The notes beneath the pieces were generated by a model, which searched no databases, was not told where the DNA came from, and saw only the letters and a program-made list of their open reading frames with translations. This document shows positions 13,701-19,889 of a stretch of 37,443 nucleotides of DNA, in pieces. Every line of letters starts with the position of its first letter. Position 1 is the stretch's first letter. The stretch comes from Candidatus Saccharimonadales bacterium (GTDB taxonomy: Bacteria > Patescibacteriota > Saccharimonadia > Saccharimonadales > JBPEXE01), in NCBI GenBank assembly GCA_052031955.1, contig JBPEXE010000136.1:1-37443 (forward strand), read 5' to 3'. Both the position numbers and the translations under genes were made by a program.

Positions 13701-16400
13701 GGTCGCACCATACGTGGCAGCCGGCTTGATATATCTTCCGTTGAGCGGCTTACCGCTGCCGGAGTAATCATCCCAGCCGACAGGTGCGTCTGCATTCCAG
13801 ATGCCAACAAAACCTAGCGGTACCGGCTGAGCGCTGGCGTTGGTTGCCAAAACCATTTCCAGATATGGTGGCTCATTGCTGGCGCTAGCGCTCGTACCGC
13901 TAAATGTGTGCGTGTGTCCTGTTGATGCGCCATCTGTCTGTGTGCCACCGCCACGCGATGCCTGATCGGTGGCTGTACTTGCCGCTAGCAAACTGCCAGT
14001 AAACGAAGTGGTATGTGTATTCGAACCACCCGTGCTGCCAACAGTATTTTCTCCACGTATGTAGTTTCCGGTCTGCACGCCATACGACGTCCAACCGGCT
14101 GGCAGTGAGGTTGTGTCGAATACGCCCACCGTGCCAGCTGGCAACGTGGCGGGCATTCCGGTCGTGTCATAGCGAATCAAGCGCAGTTGTCGATAGGCAG
14201 GCAGGTTGTTAGACGGGTCAATCGTTACGTTGGCGGTATGGGTGTGAGCGACACCCGACACGGCATTACCGCTTCTGGGCTCTGTGGTTGCGAGTGTGGA
14301 TGCTGCAGCTGAGGCAGCCGCAGTATGGGTATGGGTTGCCGCACCGGCATTGCCCCCGTATGTCGCGGCGCCTTTCGCGAAGCGCTGGAAGAAGTCATTA
14401 CCGGTTGTGCATGATACGCAGCTCCAGCCCGCCGGCATCGCACCGGTGCCACTGTAGAAAACGATAAGATTTCCAACGGCGTCTCCGGCAATCTGCCATG
14501 ACCTTTGTTCGCTAAATTCTGGCGAGTTTATTTCTCCAACCACGAGCGGGCCGAGTGTGTAGAACTCCGGCGAAATATCAGGCGCGTCAAAAATATATCC
14601 GAGCGCAACGCTTTGACCAGCCGGAATATCGACATCCCAAGTGATAATCTGCTGATTGCCAACAATACTAATCTCATTGTAAGTTTGACTGTTGTTATCC
14701 GGAGCGATGTCGAAATCAACAGGCACAACTTCATGCACTCTACCCCGGTAGCCGTCTTTTGAGAAAACCTGCAGCCGCATTGGGTATTCAAGAATCGGGA
14801 AAACACGCGTTGGTCCGACACGGCTGACCTCGAACGAAGGGTCATCTATCACATCAAGACTTGAGTAGACTGTGTAGCTGCCATTTTGGGTGTTGGCTTC
14901 GAGCTCAAATGCATACGCACCCGTTTCTTCTAGCACTTGCTGAGCAATGTAATCAGGATCAATCTGCGCGCCATACTCCGGACAGGTTTCGGTGACTTGG
15001 ATCGAGTCGTTCTCAGTCGATAACGTAAAACTTCGGCTCGGAGTGGTAATGACAAGCCGAAGGTCGGCATCGCAGATGGTGCGTCCTTGCTCGTCAAGCA
15101 CGGCCATCTGAATCTGAGCGGTTTCATCAGGGCGATAGGATGACTTATCGAAGTTTAAGGCCAGCACACCCCAGACAAAGTCCTGGGTAACGGTCTGAGT
15201 GGTGCCACTCCCATCATCAAGCGATAACTCAATTGAGTATTCGCCGGGGTCAAGTGACTGTGGCACAATACCGGCATCTACCGTCCATATGTGTCGGTTG
15301 CTCGTATCTGATTTGATAAAGTCGCCTTCCACTGTTTGGCGTGCGACTTCATAGCCGTCGTTGTCGTAAATGGTAGCTTCGACGCTGAGTGGCAGTGAAC
15401 GGTCGCCGACGGTTTCGGTGGCTTTGCTTCGCAGCCCTTGCCAGATTCCGTCATTGGGGTCTTTAATGCCAACTTCAAACTGCAGGTCTGCCGGGTCAGA
15501 GATAGCGGGCTTGGCTTCACCGCGCGGTGAATTATCGACCGGATTAATCAGGTGAGCGCTGACCTCACGTTGTGGTCCGGCCTCATAGGTCCAGGCGAGA
15601 GACTCGGCAAAGACAGTGATTGAGTTCGAGTCTGCAACGGTTGCCAGGCGGAACGATAGGTCTTCCGATGATGAGATGAGTTCCACGGGCAAAGCAATAT
15701 CGTACACGGTTGTTTCAGTGGCCGTGAGTTCAGTGCCAAAGGTGTGCAGTGTATGCCACGATCCACCCCCGTCATTTGACATGCTGAGCTGCAGGAATGC
15801 ATCGGTGCTCACAATTGATGCATCCGGGGCGTACGCATTTGGTTCAAGCAACTCACCGCGATCATCCAGGCGCTCGTTGAGGATTGCGCCGTCTTGCAGC
15901 GTAGCGCTGATTGTTTCTGCACTGGAACTGTCGCTGACCACATCAATTTCCTGAGGGGCTTGATTCACGGCCTTGAGTACCACTCGCACACCATGATTGA
16001 GTCGAGAATGCTCTAGGATTGGCGAGTAGCCGCCACAGGTAATCACTCCTGCCGTTCCGGTGCTGACCGCTGCATTTTCGGTTGTGATGTCATCGCGAGT
16101 GGGACTGGTTCGTACCGATTGTTGCCCCGTTGTGTGTTCGGGGTATTGCCATTCAGGACCGCTCGAACATTGGGTTGGAGCGACAGCAAAGATAGAGCCT
16201 TCGTCGCCAACGTCGGCAACAATACGAGGTGCTGCCAGGAGCGAAATAAAACCTAAAATAAGCACACTGTAAACCACCCGCTCGCGAACGTTCAGCGGAG
16301 TGATGATTGTGCTCATTTTGCGCTTTATTTTTCTAGGGGTGGCCGCGACTCGTGCGGTGATTCCCTTGCTGCGCTTTGGCATGCGTGAAACCCCATTCAC
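10791..16400 (-). CDS. giant secreted surface protein (1869 aa) with 2 x 3 tail-collar/HxH modules and a shared C-terminal docking domain
   Basis: Uninterrupted 5.6-kb ORF. Basic N-terminus then a hydrophobic signal/anchor (VVYSVLILGFISLLAAPRIVA). The start is ambiguous: GTG 16400, ATG 16382 or ATG 16316. Ig/MG-like region (FVWGVLALNFDKSSYRPDETAQIQMAVLD). Two module triplets with a spacer domain and a PPPPP linker. Two beta-sandwich modules (EEYHWQARTKDSLGAYSGW; SGLVGYEYSIGT). C-terminal ~169 aa homologous to the end of the 352-aa protein. I found no LPXTG. Confidence 0.85.
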   Translation of the reverse strand: MNGVSRMPKRSKGITARVAATPRKIKRKMSTIITPLNVRERVVYSVLILGFISLLAAPRIVADVGDEGSIFAVAPTQCSSGPEWQYPEHTTGQQSVRTSPTRDDITTENAAVSTGTAGVITCGGYSPILEHSRLNHGVRVVLKAVNQAPQEIDVVSDSSSAETISATLQDGAILNERLDDRGELLEPNAYAPDASIVSTDAFLQLSMSNDGGGSWHTLHTFGTELTATETTVYDIALPVELISSSEDLSFRLATVADSNSITVFAESLAWTYEAGPQREVSAHLINPVDNSPRGEAKPAISDPADLQFEVGIKDPNDGIWQGLRSKATETVGDRSLPLSVEATIYDNDGYEVARQTVEGDFIKSDTSNRHIWTVDAGIVPQSLDPGEYSIELSLDDGSGTTQTVTQDFVWGVLALNFDKSSYRPDETAQIQMAVLDEQGRTICDADLRLVITTPSRSFTLSTENDSIQVTETCPEYGAQIDPDYIAQQVLEETGAYAFELEANTQNGSYTVYSSLDVIDDPSFEVSRVGPTRVFPILEYPMRLQVFSKDGYRGRVHEVVPVDFDIAPDNNSQTYNEISIVGNQQIITWDVDIPAGQSVALGYIFDAPDISPEFYTLGPLVVGEINSPEFSEQRSWQIAGDAVGNLIVFYSGTGAMPAGWSCVSCTTGNDFFQRFAKGAATYGGNAGAATHTHTAAASAAASTLATTEPRSGNAVSGVAHTHTANVTIDPSNNLPAYRQLRLIRYDTTGMPATLPAGTVGVFDTTSLPAGWTSYGVQTGNYIRGENTVGSTGGSNTHTTSFTGSLLAASTATDQASRGGGTQTDGASTGHTHTFSGTSASASNEPPYLEMVLATNASAQPVPLGFVGIWNADAPVGWDDYSGSGKPLNGRYIKPAATYGATGGSATHTHTNTTGIVSTQPSATSSARSGTAGASNVHTHNVSVTGYSTLNHEPPHFNAYFAKYNPVTKYEQSAYRFYENDVSTDVGAPIDTQDTAITTPTQGTPFRLRMNLHISEVALSSSGENFKLQYAVQSGTCDPTFTGETFFDVGTASGDIRYYDNSGISDAAAATVNANDPTHGADTVNIQTYEETNNFTNAQSGIGIGEDGLWDFALIDVNAPSETTYCLRIVKSDGTPLDTYTAIPELTTPPPPPKMILLYDGASIPSGWTCISCSGGDEAFQRMIRGAATYGGTGGSATHSHTASGAVSATGTAATSEDQGGATVSTPTHTHTYSPIISSESNLPAYRQLQIIQFNGGTPSTIPNGAIGLFTTTTMPTDFTRYSAQDGNFTYGENTIGTTGGNNSDSHSITGNTSSANSPTTASPRTNGSTAPRATNSHDHTVSGNTGSVDKQPPFIEMVLGQATTDTSIPGGLISMWTDNPGGTWTCVSCTGGDDLYQRFFKAANGYGTTGGASTHTHSDVTGIASGAANQTIDGRSGSVGDEAVHTHSIDVTGFSTENHLPPYINMIFYQSPTNNTAPDNPSSLGQEKTNTDAISVGNWTNESSVVFTAQVSDSDNPDSVALCVEIQPLGTPFTNSETSCGTGASYTGSPVAASVTLSSLTDGEEYHWQARTKDSLGAYSGWVSFGANAESARDFAIDSSPPTGTVYDGSSVGVDVEYNSGALDTLEANWNIDSSSSGLVGYEYSIGTVAGATDVKAWTSVGTSTSFSDSSLTLTTSQPYFVNIRTTDNAGSESVISSDGQFVAPTLNFSLSGSALDLGNLNPGNNYTATGNTTITTSTNAYNGYVVRGYATGVLTNGTDNVSMFDGGTYVSPDEWLVGDFGFGYTSSDTDVQGSNKFGGAPCAGGGNPPCYAPWSLSAPGDIIADHTSTVSGTPIVNESFIITHRVTVPNVTAIGEFTTTIIYNITARF
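11994..12944 (-). repeat. intragenic protein repeat: triplet B of tail-collar/HxH modules (aa 1153-1469)
   Basis: B1 GWTCISC..YGGTGGSATHSHT..PTHTHTYSP..NLPAYRQLQIIQF. B2 GTTGGNNSDSHS..NSHDHTVSG..KQPPFIEMVLG. B3 TWTCVSC..YGTTGGASTHTHS..AVHTHSIDV..HLPPYINMIFYQ. Confidence 0.8.
13515..14480 (-). repeat. intragenic protein repeat: triplet A of tail-collar/HxH modules (aa ~641-962)
   Basis: A1 GWSCVSC..YGGNAGAATHTHT..VAHTHTANV..NNLPAYRQLRLIRY. A2 GSTGGSNTHTTS..TGHTHTFSG..NEPPYLEMVLA. A3 YGATGGSATHTHT..NVHTHNVSV..HEPPHFNAYFAKY. Confidence 0.8.
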
Positions 16401-16542
16401 TGCTTGGTATTAGTGAGATGTGTGTGTTAAGGCTTGGGGTTTTTGTGTTTACAGCTAAAGAATACGCATAACAAATACGGATCCTGGCCGGGATCCATGT
16501 CGTATTGATATGCTTACAAAAGTCTCTTTAACTCTAATGCTT

Positions 16543-16571
16543 AGTCTACTGGTTATAACAGATAAAAACAA
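16543..16571 (-). promoter_or_regulatory. possible promoter for the giant gene
   Basis: Minus strand reads TTGTTT (16566-16571), a 17-nt spacer, then TAGACT (16543-16548). It lies downstream of the micro-ORF terminator and would give a ~140-nt leader. Weak match. Confidence 0.25.
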
Positions 16572-16607
16572 GCGTTTTGCTGTGGATAGACAAAGGGGAT
16601 TTCTGGA

Positions 16608-16643
16608 AATAAAAAACCCTCTTGCGAGTGAAGAGGGTTTTTT
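16608..16643 (-). terminator. rho-independent (sequence-symmetric) terminator
   Basis: CCCTCTT (16617-16623), 7-nt loop, AAGAGGG (16631-16637). Flanked by an A-run (16608-16616) and a T-run (16638-16643), so it reads as hairpin plus U-tract on either strand. It sits 16 nt downstream of the micro-ORF stop. Confidence 0.7.
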
Positions 16644-16658
16644 ATCTGGTTGTCTTGA

Positions 16659-16766
16659 TTAAGCGCCAGTTACAGTCGAGATGATGTTACCAAGCATCAT
16701 GATGATAGCTATGGTAGTAACAGCGATTGACCGTGCATTCTTAGGTAGAGAGAGTTCTTTTACCAC
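16659..16766 (-). CDS. unannotated 35-codon hydrophobic micro-ORF (small membrane peptide?)
   Basis: GTG start (16764-16766), 6 nt after AGAAAGG. Peptide (M)VKELSLPKNARSIAVTTIAIIMMLGNIISTVTGA, stop TAA 16659-16661. Bracketed by a consensus promoter and a strong terminator. Too short for the ORF track. It could instead be a non-coding RNA. Confidence 0.35.
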   Translation of the reverse strand: MVKELSLPKNARSIAVTTIAIIMMLGNIISTVTGA

Positions 16767-16827
16767 GGGATGCCTTTCTTTTTGTTTTATTTGTTAAAGT
16801 TTTTGTTTGTTGATTTACAACAACAAC

Positions 16828-16856
16828 ATAGTAACATGCTTATGCTAAATTGTCAA
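16828..16856 (-). promoter_or_regulatory. near-consensus sigma70-type promoter
   Basis: Minus strand reads TTGACA (16851-16856), exactly 17 nt, then TACTAT (16828-16833), about 60 nt upstream of the micro-ORF start. Confidence 0.6.
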
Positions 16857-16899
16857 CATTATGATTAGCTAAATCATGAAATACAGATAGCGCAAGTTA

Positions 16900-18240
16900 T
16901 CAATCTTTTGCTTTGCTCGGAGTGATATGGGTTGATGCGAGGTCGAGCGCCAGGGCTGCTGTCCAGGAGAAAGGCGCAATGCCAGCGCCAAAACCATCAA
17001 TCGGGGAGAAGTACTCGCTAAAGCCGGCCTTCTCGACCATTTGTAGGGTTCGATGTTTTAAGTCTTCGGCCTCCTCGGTAAAGCCATAGCGTTGCAAGCC
17101 GTCAATAATCAGCCAGTTGGTGTTTACCCAGGTTGGCCCCTGCCAGTAGCGGCGATGGTTAAAGTACGGTGAGTTGAGTGGCACGCTCGGCACGGGGAAG
17201 TTAGCGCCGAATTGCTCGTCGTCTTTGATGAGTTTTACCAACTCTTTGGCGCGCGTCTTGGTAATGGCGCCGGAATAGAGGGGAAGGAGAGTAGACACAG
17301 TCGGCTCCTTAATGTGCTCCCTCGTTATGAACAGGCGAGAGTAGTACATGCCAGTCTCCTCATCCCACAGCTCATCGAGTGCCTTAGAGGCCTTATTCAT
17401 ATATGACAATGTGTGGCGGGGGATGGTTTCGCCAATCTCTTCGGCAATGTCTTTGACGTGCTGGTTGGCACGAATCAAAACCGAGTTAAAGAAGAGATCC
17501 TCAATAATAAAGTGCGAATGCAACAGGATGCGGTTTGTTTCGTACTGCTTGCGGCGTAGTCGTCGGACAACACTGAACAGCATCAAGCCTTCGACTGTGG
17601 TCATGCGTTCATCGGGGGGCACCTGTCGCGTGTCCTTGCGGAATCGCTCAATAATCTTGTCGGCGCTCGACCACTCAACCATCTTTATCCAGAGTGGCTT
17701 TTGGTGTTCATGCATCATGCGCATCCAGGGAGGGGTGTTATCAAGGCCTGTCTCCCAAGGATGGATTAAGACCACCAGCCCTTCGGCATGCGGATTGCGT
17801 TCACGATACAACCATTCATGGTAGGCAAGTAGATTTGGCCAGACTTTCCGGTACCAAGCGCGTCGATCGGCTGCTTTCATGTGCGACCCAACCCGAACAA
17901 TCGCCTCAGCCAACATTGGCGGTTGAGTGATGCCACTGGTTGCGACATCGTCTGGAGCATAAATCGACTGTCGGCTATCCCACATGTCAGGATTGTGATG
18001 GCCCTTGGCGTCAGTGAAGATCATGTTTGGAATCATGCCGTTGGTCCATTGGCCACGGAAGAGCGATAAAATCTCTTGTTGAGCCCGGCGTTGGGAGTAA
18101 TGTGCGATGCCGATTGCTGTGAAGCAACTGTCCCACAGCCATTGATGTGGATAGAGGTCGGGCGCGGGACGCGTCCACTTGCCGACGTCGTTATATTTAA
18201 GGACGTCTTTAGCGCCGGCGATGAGCTCGTCATGTTTCAT
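16900..18240 (-). CDS. (alpha/alpha)6-barrel glycoside hydrolase, GH63/MGH1-like (glucosyl-/mannosylglycerate hydrolase-like)
   Basis: 446 aa. YPHQWLWDSCF, HPWETGLDNTPPW and YWQGPTWVNTNWLIIDGLQRYG resemble conserved GH63/trehalase-like blocks. Substrate not inferable. Confidence 0.65.
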   Translation of the reverse strand: MKHDELIAGAKDVLKYNDVGKWTRPAPDLYPHQWLWDSCFTAIGIAHYSQRRAQQEILSLFRGQWTNGMIPNMIFTDAKGHHNPDMWDSRQSIYAPDDVATSGITQPPMLAEAIVRVGSHMKAADRRAWYRKVWPNLLAYHEWLYRERNPHAEGLVVLIHPWETGLDNTPPWMRMMHEHQKPLWIKMVEWSSADKIIERFRKDTRQVPPDERMTTVEGLMLFSVVRRLRRKQYETNRILLHSHFIIEDLFFNSVLIRANQHVKDIAEEIGETIPRHTLSYMNKASKALDELWDEETGMYYSRLFITREHIKEPTVSTLLPLYSGAITKTRAKELVKLIKDDEQFGANFPVPSVPLNSPYFNHRRYWQGPTWVNTNWLIIDGLQRYGFTEEAEDLKHRTLQMVEKAGFSEYFSPIDGFGAGIAPFSWTAALALDLASTHITPSKAKD

Positions 18241-18263
18241 GGACTTAAGTATACCGCAAGTGC

Positions 18264-18764
18264 TTAGCGGAAATTCTCAAACTGAATCGGGAAGTCAAAA
18301 TCACTTCCGCGCAACAGTTGCATGATGGCTTGGAGCTCGTCTTTACTCGGGCTTGAGACACGGATAGTCTCGCCTTGAATTTGCGGTTTGGCCTTGGGGT
18401 AATTATCGCGAATGAGTTTGCTTAATTTCTTCGCTTTCTCCTGGTCCAAACCGCGCGCAAACGGTACTATTTGGCGCAAAATCATGCCGGCCTGCTCACG
18501 CTTTTCGGTTGTGACGAGTATCTTTTGCGACAGGTTGCGCTTGGCCAGCTTGCCACGCACCATATCAATGATTGCGTCGAGCTGGTATTCGCTTTCGCCT
18601 TCAATTTTCAAGCCGTTACGCTTATCATCGCTGTATTCGAGCGTTGCCGCTGTACCTTTAAAGTCATAGCGATTCTGAAGTTCTCGCTTGGATTGGTCGA
18701 TTGCGTGGTCAAGCTCGGACGCGTCAAAGTCTGATGTCACGTCAAAAGTAAATGTTTTAGCCAT
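18264..18764 (-). CDS. yajQ: YajQ-family nucleotide-binding protein (UPF0234)
   Basis: Track ORF trimmed to Met26 (ATG 18762-18764), preceded by AGGAG. MAKTFTFDVTSDFDASELDHAIDQSKRELQNRYDFKG is typical YajQ, and the ~166-aa length fits. Confidence 0.85.
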   Translation of the reverse strand: MAKTFTFDVTSDFDASELDHAIDQSKRELQNRYDFKGTAATLEYSDDKRNGLKIEGESEYQLDAIIDMVRGKLAKRNLSQKILVTTEKREQAGMILRQIVPFARGLDQEKAKKLSKLIRDNYPKAKPQIQGETIRVSSPSKDELQAIMQLLRGSDFDFPIQFENFR

Positions 18765-18848
18765 AACCTGCTCCTGTTTATAAAAACAGTATAAAACATC
18801 TTGCAAATGATGGGCGAAAAGGGGGTATTTGGTATACAATACTTGGGT

Positions 18849-19889
18849 ATGAATTTCAGATTTGATGATATCGCAGAGGCGTATTCCGACCTAACCGCCA
18901 AGCTGGCTGATGTAGACGAGCCGGCTAAGTTACTTAAGGACCCAGTTCTTAAGTCTTTGTATGCAAATATTCCAAAGCAGTCTAACGAGGACAAGGCGGC
19001 CTACGGTCAAGAGGTAAACCAACTCAAGCAGTGGCTTGAATCAGAGGTTGAAAAGTCTCAGACGCACGCTCAAGAAGCGTCACTGACACCGATTGATATC
19101 ACAGCCCCGTTTGATGATAATTGCAGCGCTCAGGACGTGAGCCTGTTGCCGGCCAGTGAAGGCAGTGTGCATCCACTGAACAGTGAGCTGGAACGAGTCT
19201 TGTCGATTTTTGAGGCGATGGGCTTCTCGGCTATTGAGTCGCGTCAATTGGATGATGACTATCACATGTTTGGCGCACTTAATTTCCCGGAAGATCACCC
19301 GGCTCGCGATGATTACGATACCTTTGTGACCGAAGAGGGCTTGATTGCGCCGGCCCATACCTCAACCATGCAGAATCGCGTATTACTTGAGAACAAAGAC
19401 AAGCTTAAGACAGGCGAGAACATTCAAGTTGTCGTGCCGGGCCGATGCTTCCGCAACGAAGACGTTGATGCGCGTCACGAGCATACATTGCACCAAGTTG
19501 AAGGCGTCATGGTGGGCAAGGGGATTAACGTCGGTAACCTTATCGGTACCCTGCAAACCTTTCTTGAGGCGTTTTATGGCACCAAGCTCGAGGTTAAGAC
19601 TCAGCCAGCCTACTTCCCGTTTGTGGAGCCTGGCTTTGAGTTCTCAATGTCTTGTCCGTTCTGTAACAAGCAGGGCTGCAAGGTTTGTTCGCACGAGGGC
19701 TGGATTGAAATCTTGGGTTGCGGCATGATTCATCCGAACGTGCTTAAGGAAGCTGGCATCGACCCAAATGAATTTACCGGCTTTGCGTGGGGCTTCGGTC
19801 TCGATCGACTCGTAATGATGCAGTACAACATTGATGACATTCGGTGGTTCCACAGTGGCCGAATCGAATTTCTGGAGCAGTTTTCATGA
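18849..19889 (+). CDS. pheS: phenylalanine--tRNA ligase alpha subunit
   Basis: FPEDHPARD, HTSTMQ, PGRCFRNE, HQVEG, YFPFVEPG and GWIEILGCGMIHPNVL class II motifs. Start chosen at Met17 of the track ORF (ATG 18849). ATG 18801 is possible but would leave only 36 nt to the divergent yajQ. Confidence 0.9.
   Translation: MNFRFDDIAEAYSDLTAKLADVDEPAKLLKDPVLKSLYANIPKQSNEDKAAYGQEVNQLKQWLESEVEKSQTHAQEASLTPIDITAPFDDNCSAQDVSLLPASEGSVHPLNSELERVLSIFEAMGFSAIESRQLDDDYHMFGALNFPEDHPARDDYDTFVTEEGLIAPAHTSTMQNRVLLENKDKLKTGENIQVVVPGRCFRNEDVDARHEHTLHQVEGVMVGKGINVGNLIGTLQTFLEAFYGTKLEVKTQPAYFPFVEPGFEFSMSCPFCNKQGCKVCSHEGWIEILGCGMIHPNVLKEAGIDPNEFTGFAWGFGLDRLVMMQYNIDDIRWFHSGRIEFLEQFS

Noticed and set aside
11994-14480. 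CRISPR array or DNA-level tandem repeat underlying the HTHT periodicity
   Set aside because: The repeats are about 315-nt protein modules with diverged codons (about 60% or lower aa identity by eye), inside one continuous ORF. There are no short identical direct repeats with unique spacers.
10791-16400. The giant ORF as a prophage tail-fibre gene
   Set aside because: The tail-collar/HxH-like modules suggested phage origin. However, the window holds no terminase, portal, capsid, tape-measure, baseplate, lysis or integrase genes. The protein has a signal peptide, and it is embedded in an operon with membrane anchors.
14000-16400. Polymorphic-toxin, RHS/YD or LXG-type architecture for the giant protein
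   Set aside because: I saw no YD/RHS repeats, no recognisable toxin tip and no immunity-like small ORF downstream. The C-terminus is a domain shared with a non-toxin structural protein.
16481-16496. Twin GGATCC palindromes as inverted-repeat ends of a mobile element
   Set aside because: There is no transposase, no target-site duplication and no second copy in the window. It is better explained as a local hairpin or operator.
17348-17824. 158-aa + strand ORF antisense to the GH63-like gene
   Set aside because: It has Ser/Arg/Cys-rich shadow composition. The opposite strand carries conserved glycosidase blocks.
18765-18839. Upstream starts suggested by the track for yajQ (18839), pheT (19844), galU-like (30596) and fba (34602)
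   Set aside because: In each case an internal Met with an SD and/or an ATGA/TAATG coupling begins at the conserved N-terminus. The extensions would overlap neighbouring genes or promoters.
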